64,000 nt of DNA from Escherichia phage nieznany: sequence record NC_052659.1; one strand, 5' to 3'. Shown piece after piece: positions 9,064-18,906 of this stretch. The notes beneath the pieces are model-generated. The model worked only from the letters and a program-made list of their open reading frames with translations. It did no database searches and was not told the DNA's origin. Both the position numbers and the translations under genes were made by a program. Each line of letters begins with the position of its first letter. Position 1 is the stretch's first letter.

Positions 9064-10000
9064 AAAATGGACTAAACTGAAAATTGATGCAAAACCTCAC
9101 AGTGGTTGTGATTATCATCGTATTGTTATACCATTTAACAACAATAATCTTCAACCTAAGAAAGATGTTGTTGTGTTTAACCGTATTCACTCTAAAGGTG
9201 CAGAATATGTTTTGTCCCTGAAACGTCAAGGTGTTAAGATTGTTGTAGATTTAGATGATTTCTACCAACTTAATCCAGAACATTATTTAGCAAGTCTATA
9301 CGAGTCAAACACCCATTCTATTGTAGCTATGGTTAAGCTTGCTGATGTGGTCATTGTGACTACGGAATACTTGGCATATAAGATCCGTCACTTAAATAGG
9401 AATGTTGTTGTGATCCGAAATGCACTTCCTTTTGATAGCGGACAATTCACTTTGTCAAATGATCGTTCATCCGGTACCCCTGTCGTATGGGCTGGCGGTG
9501 CTAGTCACGAACCCGACTTACGACTAGTCTCTAATACTTTCGACGATGACCTTCTTACTATTGCGGGATATGAGGCATCACAGAGCATCACGGGACAAGA
9601 GTGGATTAAGATTCGCAGAAATTTACCAAATGCCAAATATAAAGCCGCTGTAAAAGATTTAGATAATTACATGAGTGTTTACGAGGGTCATGCTATTGCT
9701 ATAGCTCCTCTGGTAGATAACGATTTTAATAATTGTAAAAGTAATCTCAAAATCTTGGAAGCTGGGGCAAAAGGTATTCCAATTGTTTGTTCTAAGGTAT
9801 TACCTTATTTTAACCCTGTAGATGCTCGCGCTGTTGCTTACGCAGAGAATAAAGCAGAATGGCATTACGAAATTGTTAAGCTTCTTCGCAATCCGAACTA
9901 TCGGGAAGATCGTGGCTTGTTCTTAGCGGAACATGTTCGAACACATTATAATCTGGCAGATGCAAACGAATTGCGACGCCAGGTTATTGAAAGTTTGTAG
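9053..10000 (+). CDS. putative GT-B fold glycosyltransferase (paralog 1)
   Basis: ATG 9053 after GAGGAGG; C-terminal NNCKSNLKILEAGAKGIPIVCS resembles GT1/GT4 motif; paralog of 10008..10952. Confidence 0.45.
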   Translation: MSNKKWTKLKIDAKPHSGCDYHRIVIPFNNNNLQPKKDVVVFNRIHSKGAEYVLSLKRQGVKIVVDLDDFYQLNPEHYLASLYESNTHSIVAMVKLADVVIVTTEYLAYKIRHLNRNVVVIRNALPFDSGQFTLSNDRSSGTPVVWAGGASHEPDLRLVSNTFDDDLLTIAGYEASQSITGQEWIKIRRNLPNAKYKAAVKDLDNYMSVYEGHAIAIAPLVDNDFNNCKSNLKILEAGAKGIPIVCSKVLPYFNPVDARAVAYAENKAEWHYEIVKLLRNPNYREDRGLFLAEHVRTHYNLADANELRRQVIESL

Positions 10001-10007
10001 GTGAAGT

Positions 10008-10952
10008 ATGGGACAAATAATTCTTGACAATCGTAACGGAATCAATTATAGTGTCTGCGATTTCCATAGGGTAGTGCTGCCTTACTCAAGGCAGTTCTCT
10101 TCACAACCTAAATACAACGTTTTCGTTTTTAACGGAGTGCCAACAAAAGGTAAAGAGGGCTTTTTAGCCCTTAAAAACCTGGGCTTTAAAATGGTTATGG
10201 ATTTGGATGACTCTTTAGTTATTCCAAAAGGACACATGTTAGAAGGTATTTTTGAATCAGGTATTCGTGAACATTTAAAATGGTTTTTAGAGCACAGTGA
10301 TCTTGTTACAACTACGACACCTGCCTTGCAAGTTGAACTTTCACAATACAATGATAATGTGCACATAATCCCTAATGGACTTCCTTACGATGAAGGTCAA
10401 TTTGTGTTGACCCGTGATCGCTACTCCAAAACTCCATTAGTCTGGGCTGGAAGTGAAACACATAAACAAGATTTGGCTATCTTGCCCGATTTTGGTAAAG
10501 ATCTTACAATATGTGGTTTTCGTAGGGATTCTGAAGTTTTAAGTAGTCGTGAATGGTCTTTAATCAGGGAAAATGTAGCACCAACTTGTGTTTATGAAGG
10601 TGTAAGACCATATGCCAACTACATGGAATCTTACGATGGTCATCAAATCAGTCTTGCACCATTGATCGATAACGTGTTTAATAATGCAAAAAGCAATCTT
10701 AAAATTCTTGAGGCAGGTGCTAAGGGTTTACCTTTAATCTGCTCTCCTCGTGAGAATTATCATACACAAGAGTTTAAAGATTTGTTATTCTTTGCTGAAA
10801 CACCTTCCGAGTGGAAAGATATTACGGAATACTTATTAAGTGCTCCCGATGTTTGCATGGAGAAAGGATTAGCATTAGCTAAGTATGTCAGGACTCATTA
10901 TCACATTGATGTGTTGAATGAGCGTCGTAGACTTTTATTTGAGGAGCTATAA
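10008..10952 (+). CDS. putative GT-B fold glycosyltransferase (paralog 2)
   Basis: Shares CD(Y/F)HR, DLDD, PLVWAG, NNAKSNLKILEAGAKGLPLICS with 9053..10000. Confidence 0.45.
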   Translation: MGQIILDNRNGINYSVCDFHRVVLPYSRQFSSQPKYNVFVFNGVPTKGKEGFLALKNLGFKMVMDLDDSLVIPKGHMLEGIFESGIREHLKWFLEHSDLVTTTTPALQVELSQYNDNVHIIPNGLPYDEGQFVLTRDRYSKTPLVWAGSETHKQDLAILPDFGKDLTICGFRRDSEVLSSREWSLIRENVAPTCVYEGVRPYANYMESYDGHQISLAPLIDNVFNNAKSNLKILEAGAKGLPLICSPRENYHTQEFKDLLFFAETPSEWKDITEYLLSAPDVCMEKGLALAKYVRTHYHIDVLNERRRLLFEEL

Positions 10953-11230
10953 TGATTAACACTTTTGATTTTGAATACACCACTCGTAACGGGAAAGCCT
11001 TGGTTGTGGAGGTGGATTACTATTATGAAGAACCTAATCCACTTTCTCGTGAAAGCGATTGGGATTACCACGGAGGGCTTTTAATTGACGGTATTCGTTT
11101 TTATGAAGGATCTACAGAAGTTTTTGAAAAAGATTTAAATGTAACTGTAGCAGAAATTGCTTTCCAATTTAGAAAGCACATGGAAGAACTAGAAGCAGAA
11201 TATATGATGGAGACTAACGAACCATTTTAA
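10952..11230 (+). CDS. hypothetical protein
   Basis: ATGA overlap with upstream gene. Confidence 0.4.
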   Translation: MINTFDFEYTTRNGKALVVEVDYYYEEPNPLSRESDWDYHGGLLIDGIRFYEGSTEVFEKDLNVTVAEIAFQFRKHMEELEAEYMMETNEPF

Positions 11231-11242
11231 CAGGAGAACAAA

Positions 11243-13021
11243 GTGTCGCACATTATAACTAAATATGGATTTGATGTTGATCTTAGCAAGGAAGGGCATA
11301 CAGGTTGTCCGCGCTGCATGAAAAATGGCAAGGATCGCTCTCGTAATAACCTGATGGTTTATGGATTAGATTCTAATGGAGAGCATAAAGGTGCTAAGTG
11401 CTTTGCGTGTGAATACACTATTCCTAGCGTAGAATGGTTACGAGAAAATGGTGAAGTTTTAGAAGAAGAGGAGGAGATTGTGGGTTCGGAATTTAATAAA
11501 CAGATTCATCGTAAAATTGTTCAAGAAACATCAACCAACCCACGTGGTTATCGAGGCATTAAAGAAAAAGTTTCATCTTTCTATGGTGTTCGTTATGAAT
11601 ACCGTCAGGAAGGGGATCAGATGGTAGTAGAAAGTTGTTTATATCCAACTACTATCGGTAAAGAATTGGTTGGTTTTAAGCGTCGTATTCATCCTAAAGA
11701 TTTCAGTAAACCTATTGGTCAAGTAGGTAAAGATGTAGATCTTTTTGGACAAATTCGTTTTGCAGACCGTTCTCATACTGTGGTAATTACAGGTGGTGAA
11801 CACGATGCTCTGGCAGCTTATCAAATGCTGTCTGAAAACTTGGACAACAAATATGAACTTCCAGCAGTAGTTAGTGGCACAACTGGTGAAACCAGTATGT
11901 ATAAACAAGTTCAGGCACAATACCCTTTCTTTGAAAAATTTAAGAAGATTATTGTTTGCATGGATAATGACAAAGCAGGTAATGAGGCATTTGAAAATAT
12001 TGTTAAGGTGCTGCCTCGTAACAAAGTCTACCGTATGCAGATGGATCTTAAGGATGCCAATCAGTATCTGGAAGAAGGTCGTGCAAAAGATTTCGTAAAA
12101 GCTTTTTGGAGTGCTCGTCTATACACCCCAGCAGGTGTTTATGCTTCTAATGTCTTGTATGAAGCTGCATTAGAATGCTTGGAATCCAAGATGATTACCT
12201 TGCCTCCTTTTATGCGTGTTGCTGCAAATATGCTGGGTGGTGGTTTAGTAGAGGAAGAGATTACAGTCATCCTGGCAAAGACCAGTATCGGTAAAACTTT
12301 GATGGTGAACGAGATCACCAAACATATTATTGTTGCGCACCCAGAACATACCCTAGGTATTCTGTCCTTGGAAGCAACTTATAAGAAATATTCTCGTAAC
12401 CTGTTGTCCTCGTTCCTGCATATTCCTCTACACAGGAAAACACCGGAAGAGAAATTTCAAATCTTGGAAGAGAATAAAGAAAAAATCCTAGATTTTTACG
12501 AAAGAGAAGATGGATCACCACGTTTTTATGTGTGTGATGATCGTGGAGCAGATGTGGAGTCTATCAAAGAAAAAGTTTTGGAGATGATCATCTATTTTGG
12601 AGTAACAATTCTTGTTATCGACCCTTATTCTGATTTGCTTTCTGGTATGGATGTTCAAGCCCAGGAAGAGTTAGCAACATGGTTGAAGCGCATCATGAAA
12701 GAGTATGCTATAACTATTATCGTCATCTCACACGTTAAGAAATCGGCTAATGGTGGCAATGAACACTTAACAGAGGACGATGCAATGGGTAGTAGTTTCT
12801 TGGCTAAAGGTGCTGGTATTACCTTGGCTTTGGAACGAGATAAAGCCGCTGAAGACCCTGTAGAACGCAATACGACTCATTGCTTTATCCTAAAAAACCG
12901 TGAGTTCTCGGAAACTGGTCCGGCAGGGCAGTTTTACTATGACATTAGAACTGCAACTCTGCATGACAAAGAGCAGTATTTCAACAATCCTGCTAATTTG
13001 CCTACGGATAGCAACTACTAA
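11243..13021 (+). CDS. bifunctional DNA primase/helicase (T7 gp4-like)
   Basis: N-terminal Zn finger CPRC...CFAC, TOPRIM-like region, Walker A SIGKT and Walker B ILVIDPY of DnaB-like helicase. Confidence 0.85.
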   Translation: MSHIITKYGFDVDLSKEGHTGCPRCMKNGKDRSRNNLMVYGLDSNGEHKGAKCFACEYTIPSVEWLRENGEVLEEEEEIVGSEFNKQIHRKIVQETSTNPRGYRGIKEKVSSFYGVRYEYRQEGDQMVVESCLYPTTIGKELVGFKRRIHPKDFSKPIGQVGKDVDLFGQIRFADRSHTVVITGGEHDALAAYQMLSENLDNKYELPAVVSGTTGETSMYKQVQAQYPFFEKFKKIIVCMDNDKAGNEAFENIVKVLPRNKVYRMQMDLKDANQYLEEGRAKDFVKAFWSARLYTPAGVYASNVLYEAALECLESKMITLPPFMRVAANMLGGGLVEEEITVILAKTSIGKTLMVNEITKHIIVAHPEHTLGILSLEATYKKYSRNLLSSFLHIPLHRKTPEEKFQILEENKEKILDFYEREDGSPRFYVCDDRGADVESIKEKVLEMIIYFGVTILVIDPYSDLLSGMDVQAQEELATWLKRIMKEYAITIIVISHVKKSANGGNEHLTEDDAMGSSFLAKGAGITLALERDKAAEDPVERNTTHCFILKNREFSETGPAGQFYYDIRTATLHDKEQYFNNPANLPTDSNY

Positions 13022-13040
13022 GGGCTTCGGCCCTTTTATT
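13021..13040 (+). terminator. rho-independent terminator
   Basis: AGGGC-TTCG-GCCCT hairpin followed by TTTTATT. Confidence 0.6.
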
Positions 13041-13051
13041 AAAAATACCTG

Positions 13052-13080
13052 TTGACAACTTTGCGGAAGGGACTTATACT
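13052..13080 (+). promoter_or_regulatory. sigma70-like promoter (TTGACA-17-TATACT)
   Basis: Consensus -35 TTGACA 13052..13057, 17-nt spacer, -10 TATACT 13075..13080; strong RBS and ATG 13114 downstream. Confidence 0.6.
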
Positions 13081-13113
13081 TGTCTCATCAACCAAACAAG
13101 AGGAGAAGTAAAA

Positions 13114-13545
13114 ATGCGTATGACAATCGATCTGAATGCAAAAGTTAAAGCTGCTGGTGCTCTGGGTGCTGGTGTTATTAAACACAAACAAGCGTTGGCA
13201 TTTGCCATCCCACATATGATTGTTGAGGATCATCCTGAAGAGTTTGCTGTAAAAGTTGTTGAGAACAATGTCTCTGTTATTGAACATCTTCCAACTGGAC
13301 GTTCTTACCGTGTTGTTTCTTCTAAAGGTTTCCGTTTCGATGTAAGCCCTTCTTTCACAAAAGGTGCTGGTCGTAGTAAAGTGGGTATTCTTTCTTACAA
13401 ATATTATATCGATAAAGTTGCAGATGGTGTTGCATTCTGTCGTGTAAGTGAAGGTAAAGTAGATATCATCTTTAAAAATACCAAAAACATGGTTATTTCT
13501 GACGATGGTAAAGTTGACCTCACTATTGAGTTCGCTAACAACTAA
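13114..13545 (+). CDS. hypothetical protein (likely highly expressed)
   Basis: Behind near-consensus promoter and strong RBS; no recognisable motif. Confidence 0.5.
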   Translation: MRMTIDLNAKVKAAGALGAGVIKHKQALAFAIPHMIVEDHPEEFAVKVVENNVSVIEHLPTGRSYRVVSSKGFRFDVSPSFTKGAGRSKVGILSYKYYIDKVADGVAFCRVSEGKVDIIFKNTKNMVISDDGKVDLTIEFANN

Positions 13546-13554
13546 GGAGGACTA

Positions 13555-14349
13555 TTGAGCAAGTTGAACACACTTGATCAATATTACACTAACCCCGCTT
13601 ATGCGGGGTTCTTATGTGATAAGATCAAAGAAATTTTTGGAGAGGAAGCTAACTACGTAGAACCATCTGCGGGAGAAGGAGCTTTCTCTTCTTGTTTTAA
13701 AAACATAACTTCTTTTGATATTGATCCTAAGTTTGAAGATTGTATTGAGGCAGATTTTTTAGCTCAATCTGTAGAGTCTGTTGGTAGTGTAACTGCTTTT
13801 GTCGGTAATCCTCCGTTTGGAAAAAATGCTAGTCTTGCCATTAAGTTCTTTAACCATTGTGCTGAAATGTTGGATAACGAAGGTGGTATTTGTTTTATCT
13901 TGCCTCGCACATTTCAAAAAATCTTTTTTGCACACAAACTAAATCCCCACATGCATCTTCTTTACGAAGAAGAATGTCCAAAAGGATCTTTTATTCTTCA
14001 TGGAGAACCTTGGGATGTTCCTTGTGTATTCCAGATATGGACTAAACGCAACGAGAAGCGTTCTCCCGTTGTTTTAGGAGAAAATCGACTATTCGTATTA
14101 GGCAACAGTAAAGACTACGACATAGCCGTTAGGAGAGCGGGAGCAAGTGCAGGTAAAGTGTTATCAGAAGAAGATTCTTTATCTGAAGCATCTACCTATT
14201 TTTTAAAAGCCTTGACTTCTGATCTTAAAACGCGTATCATTGAGGCTTACCCGTTACTTAAAGCTGAAGCTAGTAAAACTGCGGGAGTAAGAAGTTTAAG
14301 TTTAAAAGAACTTCAGTGGGTTCTGGAGAACATTAGAAAGGAGGAATAG
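13555..14349 (+). CDS. putative DNA N6-adenine (or N4-cytosine) methyltransferase
   Basis: SAM-binding EPSAGEGAF followed by catalytic NPPF motif; TTG start after AAGGAGG. Confidence 0.55.
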   Translation: MSKLNTLDQYYTNPAYAGFLCDKIKEIFGEEANYVEPSAGEGAFSSCFKNITSFDIDPKFEDCIEADFLAQSVESVGSVTAFVGNPPFGKNASLAIKFFNHCAEMLDNEGGICFILPRTFQKIFFAHKLNPHMHLLYEEECPKGSFILHGEPWDVPCVFQIWTKRNEKRSPVVLGENRLFVLGNSKDYDIAVRRAGASAGKVLSEEDSLSEASTYFLKALTSDLKTRIIEAYPLLKAEASKTAGVRSLSLKELQWVLENIRKEE

Positions 14350-17300
14350 TGAGTAAGTTTACATGGGATATTGAAGCAAACGGATTGTTGAATAATGACA
14401 CTATTGATTATTTAGCTAGTCCTTATCGTCTCAAAGACACATTTCAAATGCACTGTATTGTCTTAGAGAACCATGAAACAGGAGAAATAGTAGCTTTCCA
14501 CGATGGCCCTAAATACATTTTTGATGGTCGTCCTTATGAAGAGTCAGATGATAAATATACATATGTTCTTAAAGAATATGTGGCGCAAGATTACACACAT
14601 TTTCAACTAAAAGATTTCCCAGATTTTATTAATCATGAAGGTTATTTTAAAGACAAGCCTGAATATTTGGTTGAAATGGCTGTGGCACACAACGGTATCA
14701 ACTATGACTGGTTGGCTACAAAACTGTTTTATGGATTAGATTACAGTGTTAAATATAACACGTGGGGTAAAAGCAAGGTAAAACTTATTGACTCCTTAAT
14801 TTTGAGTAAAGTGTTAAACCCAGATCGAAAGATTGAGGGCAAATCAGGACATAGTTTGGCAGCACTTTCTCGAAAGGCAGGTGGGGATGTAAAAATAGAT
14901 TTCCGTAAAGAGATTCCAGAAGAAGATCGATTTAAGACTTTTGCTGCGGATATGCTTTATTACTGTATCTATGACAACAAAGCCAATACGAGCGTATATA
15001 ATTACCTTATGGAAGAGTGGGGTGATTATGATAAATGGGAAGGTCCATTTGAACTTGAACAACGTGTAGCAGACATTATTACACGCCAGGAACACCGTGG
15101 GTTTGCTTTTAACATGAAGCAAGCAGAAGAGAACCTTGCTTTTTTAGATGCAGAAATGGAGCGTCTTCGTTTACTCGTTGAGCCTATTTTGCCACCTAAA
15201 CCAGCAACAAAAGGTTATCTTAAGGCTTTTATTCCACCTAAGTTGCAAATTAAAAAGAACTTAGAGCCAACTAACCATATGATCAATTTTGCTAAGAAAC
15301 ATGATGGTCATTTGGAAGAGAGGGATGGAGATTGGTGGTTAGTGATGTTGGGGAAAGAGTGGAAACTGCCAGTTGCAGCAGATGAGCCTTTGTGTGATCC
15401 TAATATCCCTGCAACATTGAACGATACAACCCATATTAAAAACTGGCTTGTAGGATTAGGTTGGGTACCATCGGAATATAAAGATAAAGATTTGACTCTT
15501 AAATCTGGCACCAAGATTAAAAAGAGTGAGGAAGAACTTCAGAAAGGTATTCGAGCTTACGTTGAGCAAACTCTATCTTCTAATTTTTGTCAAGACCGTT
15601 GTGATCATCTGGAGTGCACACCGGAAACCTTGGAAAGGAAGATTCAAGAGCGTATAGCAAAAGGTAAAGGTCGAGGTCTTAAAGTATTGACTAACCCATG
15701 TTTTACCAAAGGTCAGGAAAAAGAAATCTGTCCTAACCTGCAAGCTTTGGGTGAGAAATTTCCTTATGCTACACAGATTGTAGAATACTTAACGTATAAA
15801 CACCGTAGGAACTCTATTTTAGGTGGTGGTGCCGATTGGGAAGAAGACGAAGAAGATCAAGAATACAACAAAGGTTTCTTGGCAGCAGTTCGTGCAGATG
15901 GACGTATACCTACGCCAGCGGCTACATGCGATGCAGCAACCTCTCGTATGAAGCATAGGTCTGTAGCCAATATTCCTCGTGTTACCTCTTTGTTTGGATG
16001 GCAGATGCGTAACCTGTTTGGTGTAGAGGTTCCTAAATACTTCCAGATTGGTTATGACTTTGATTCATTAGAGGCGAAGATTGAGTCGCATTATACGTGG
16101 AGATATGATAATCCTGATCATGCTTACTGTAATGCACTTCTGTTAGAAAAACCAAACGATGTGCATACTATGATGGCAAAACATATTACTGATATTATTG
16201 GACGTAAGTTTGAACGTGGTCCTGCTAAGAGCGTTAAATACGGTTGTGTACCTGTAGATAATACGGAAGTGTTAACAAGAACGGGTTGGAAGAAACGTAA
16301 AGATCTTTTTGTAGGGGATGAAGTTTTATCTTATAATACTCACACCGCTCTTTACGAATATACCCCTATTCTTAAGCTGTGGGACTATAACGATGCAGAA
16401 GTTGTCTCTCTCGGTAACAAGTGGTTCAAAGTAGAAGTTACTAACGATCATATGTGGATTAACGCACAGAGAAAAACTATGCGATCAGATGGTAACAATG
16501 TTAAGTATATGCAAGTGGAGCGTAGATCTACAGAGGATTTAAACTCGGAGTCAAACATAATTGCAGCAGGGCGATCTGGTGTGGTGTCTACTCTAACAGT
16601 GGAAGAAGGTCGTTTCTTAGGCTGGCTTCTTTCGGATGGCTACTATAAGTGGTCTGGCAAAGCCAGAAATAAAGTAATGGGTATTACAGTCACGGTAGAT
16701 CAAGATGAGAAAAAATTCTTAGAAGAAGCACGTGAGGCTGTGGGAGATATCTTCACATTTGACGAGTATGTATCTGGAACGATGCATTCATTACGTCCTA
16801 ATAAGAGTCAGTTTAGGGAATTTTTGACTAAATGTGGCGTTGAAGTGGGTCAAAATAAGCACGAAGTGGACTGGTCTACATTAATTGCTAATCAAGGTCA
16901 AGCTGTGTTGGAAGCATTCTTAGAGGCATTCTGGATGGCAGATGGTCATAAGCGTCCAAACGGCAGTCTTGTTATCCGTCAAAAGAAAGGTAAGATTAGC
17001 GACGCTGTTTCTTTGGCTATCAATATGACAGGTAATATTGCGTATGGTTCTGTTCAAAAAGATGGCATGTTAACGTTGGCAATCAATAACGGACAAACTA
17101 TTTCAGGACAGAGGTTGACAAAAGCTTTTTCACGAGTAACAGATGTATTCTGTATCTCAACCAAGAATGAATCTTTTGTTATGCGTCAGAATGGTTTTAT
17201 CACGTTGACAGGTAACTGCACGTACGGCGCTCAAGCAGACAAGGTTGCTAAAACAATTGGTAGCGATAAATACACAGGGCAACTGGTGTTCGATGCTTTC

Positions 17301-17918
17301 TGGGAAGCTGCATTCCCACTGGCGCGTCTTAAAGAACGTTTAAACGATTTCTGGGTTAAGACTGGTAAACAGTATGTTTTGGGTATTGACGGTCGTAAGG
17401 TTCCTACTCGTTCTGCTCACGCGATTCTTAACTCTCTGTTCCAAAGTGGTGGGGTTATCTGTGCTAAACGTGCAATGGTTATTTATGACGACATGATCGA
17501 AGAAGAAGGGCTAAGTGTTGACTTCTTTAAAGATGACTGGAAGAATAAAGACTTCGTGCAACAAATGATTGCATATCACGATGAAGCCCAGCTTGAAGTT
17601 TCTCGTAACCTTGTAGAATTTAAATGGTTTTCACCTGAATCATTAGGTTGGAAGAAAGTAGACGATCCTGAAGAACAAAAGAAAATTGATAAAGAATGCC
17701 TTGCTAAAGTTGAAGAATGGAAGCATAATAAGGAAAAAGAGACAGGGCAAATTTGGGCTAACATTCATGAATCTCCCAAAGGTGGATGGTTTACAGCCTA
17801 TAGTCGGGCAGGTGAACTTGCTGCTTTAGCTGTTACTAAGGCTGGAGAATTTTACAATCTTAATGTTCAGCTTACTGCCGGATATGATGTGGGTAACTCC
17901 TGGGCGAGCTGCCATTAG
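14349..17918 (+). CDS. family A DNA polymerase with 3'-5' exonuclease domain, interrupted by an intein
   Basis: Exo I DIEANGL; motif A GYDFDSLEAK; motif B RGPAKSVKYG|intein|CTYGAQADK (compare T7 RDNAKTFIYGFLYGAG); motif C YHDE. Confidence 0.9.
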   Translation: MSKFTWDIEANGLLNNDTIDYLASPYRLKDTFQMHCIVLENHETGEIVAFHDGPKYIFDGRPYEESDDKYTYVLKEYVAQDYTHFQLKDFPDFINHEGYFKDKPEYLVEMAVAHNGINYDWLATKLFYGLDYSVKYNTWGKSKVKLIDSLILSKVLNPDRKIEGKSGHSLAALSRKAGGDVKIDFRKEIPEEDRFKTFAADMLYYCIYDNKANTSVYNYLMEEWGDYDKWEGPFELEQRVADIITRQEHRGFAFNMKQAEENLAFLDAEMERLRLLVEPILPPKPATKGYLKAFIPPKLQIKKNLEPTNHMINFAKKHDGHLEERDGDWWLVMLGKEWKLPVAADEPLCDPNIPATLNDTTHIKNWLVGLGWVPSEYKDKDLTLKSGTKIKKSEEELQKGIRAYVEQTLSSNFCQDRCDHLECTPETLERKIQERIAKGKGRGLKVLTNPCFTKGQEKEICPNLQALGEKFPYATQIVEYLTYKHRRNSILGGGADWEEDEEDQEYNKGFLAAVRADGRIPTPAATCDAATSRMKHRSVANIPRVTSLFGWQMRNLFGVEVPKYFQIGYDFDSLEAKIESHYTWRYDNPDHAYCNALLLEKPNDVHTMMAKHITDIIGRKFERGPAKSVKYGCVPVDNTEVLTRTGWKKRKDLFVGDEVLSYNTHTALYEYTPILKLWDYNDAEVVSLGNKWFKVEVTNDHMWINAQRKTMRSDGNNVKYMQVERRSTEDLNSESNIIAAGRSGVVSTLTVEEGRFLGWLLSDGYYKWSGKARNKVMGITVTVDQDEKKFLEEAREAVGDIFTFDEYVSGTMHSLRPNKSQFREFLTKCGVEVGQNKHEVDWSTLIANQGQAVLEAFLEAFWMADGHKRPNGSLVIRQKKGKISDAVSLAINMTGNIAYGSVQKDGMLTLAINNGQTISGQRLTKAFSRVTDVFCISTKNESFVMRQNGFITLTGNCTYGAQADKVAKTIGSDKYTGQLVFDAFWEAAFPLARLKERLNDFWVKTGKQYVLGIDGRKVPTRSAHAILNSLFQSGGVICAKRAMVIYDDMIEEEGLSVDFFKDDWKNKDFVQQMIAYHDEAQLEVSRNLVEFKWFSPESLGWKKVDDPEEQKKIDKECLAKVEEWKHNKEKETGQIWANIHESPKGGWFTAYSRAGELAALAVTKAGEFYNLNVQLTAGYDVGNSWASCH
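16245..17216 (+). mobile_element. intein (324 aa) with LAGLIDADG homing endonuclease, inserted in polymerase motif B
   Basis: Starts with Cys after KYG; ends ...FITLTGN before Cys+1; LAGLIDADG-like LGWLLSDGYY and LEAFWMADGH; excision restores motif B. Confidence 0.7.
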
Positions 17919-17947
17919 TCTAACATGTTGTTTATTAAGGAGGTTTT

Positions 17948-18526
17948 ATGGTTTATGATCATGGTGTTTTTGATGGAGATATTACCGTAAGATCTCCTGA
18001 AGGAGTTATGCATCCTGCTTATATGAAATGGATGGCTATGTTGGGGAGGTGTTACTCCCCTTGCCAGCAGGTAAGAGATGTTGCCTACCACGGTGTTACG
18101 GTTTGTGATGATTGGAAGTTATTCTCTAACTTCTATTCTTGGTTACAAACTTGGGACAACTGGGAAAAATTAGAACTTGACAAGGATCTTATAGGAGGGG
18201 GCGTTTACTCCCCTGCTTCTTGCTTGATGATTTCTGGAAACCTTAATAAGTTCTTAGCTTATAGGAAGAAGACGGGGCAAATGGTAGGTTGTAATTACGA
18301 AAAGGATCGCAAGAAATATAAGGCCCATATAAAAGTAGACGGTCGTATTATAACACTCGGACGTTTTGATACTGAACTTGAGGCACATCTTTGTTGGTTG
18401 AAAGCTAAAGCAGAACAACTCACAAAGTTTTTTGAAATAGAAGACAAGAGAGTTGTTCCTTATCTTAAAGCATTGTATAATGAAATGCTTGAGCACGTAG
18501 AACAACACAAAGAGTGGACACGATAG
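17948..18526 (+). CDS. AP2-domain DNA-binding protein, putative homing-endonuclease-like
   Basis: C-terminal YKAHIKVDGRIITLGRFDTELEAHLCW matches AP2 domain; N-terminal Y..W..M..RC motif common in phage HNH-AP2 proteins; no clear HNH catalytic motif seen. Confidence 0.5.
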   Translation: MVYDHGVFDGDITVRSPEGVMHPAYMKWMAMLGRCYSPCQQVRDVAYHGVTVCDDWKLFSNFYSWLQTWDNWEKLELDKDLIGGGVYSPASCLMISGNLNKFLAYRKKTGQMVGCNYEKDRKKYKAHIKVDGRIITLGRFDTELEAHLCWLKAKAEQLTKFFEIEDKRVVPYLKALYNEMLEHVEQHKEWTR

Positions 18527-18729
18527 GAGGAGATATGAGTTACGATTTAGATTACTTTGGACAGCCTTACCTGCCAGACGAATTCGCAGATGAGGCGGAG
18601 GGTCGTGAATGGGATGATGGGGATATCCGTTGTTGGTCTTGTGGTAAAGATATGTCCTATGAACAACATATGCACAATGATGGTTTCTGCATACATTGTT
18701 ATAATGAAATTGATCTGGAGGAAGATTAA
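18514..18729 (+). CDS. small zinc-ribbon protein
   Basis: CWSCG...CIHC pairs. Confidence 0.35.
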   Translation: MDTIGGDMSYDLDYFGQPYLPDEFADEAEGREWDDGDIRCWSCGKDMSYEQHMHNDGFCIHCYNEIDLEED

Positions 18730-18896
18730 TGGGAAATGGTATCATGATTTGCTATAAAATTGTGCGTATTGTCGGAGACGAAGTTACCACTCGGTATTTT
18801 ATGATAGAGTCTCAAGCCGATGAGGTTTACAATGACTGGCTTGAAAAAGGTGGATACGATTTTGTATCTAAAGAAACTTTCCGTTTAGAAGTATAA
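18729..18896 (+). CDS. hypothetical small protein (55 aa)
   Basis: TAATG overlap with upstream stop; below ORF-track cutoff. Confidence 0.2.
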   Translation: MGNGIMICYKIVRIVGDEVTTRYFMIESQADEVYNDWLEKGGYDFVSKETFRLEV

Positions 18897-18906
18897 GGAG
18901 AAAACA

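Noticed and set aside
9014-10000. ORF-track starts at 9014, 4231, 7045, 7344 and 352 for their respective genes
   Set aside because: Each earliest in-frame start overlaps the preceding gene extensively; internal starts with good SD spacing (9053, 4297, 7108, 7392, 427) fit the tight operon structure better.
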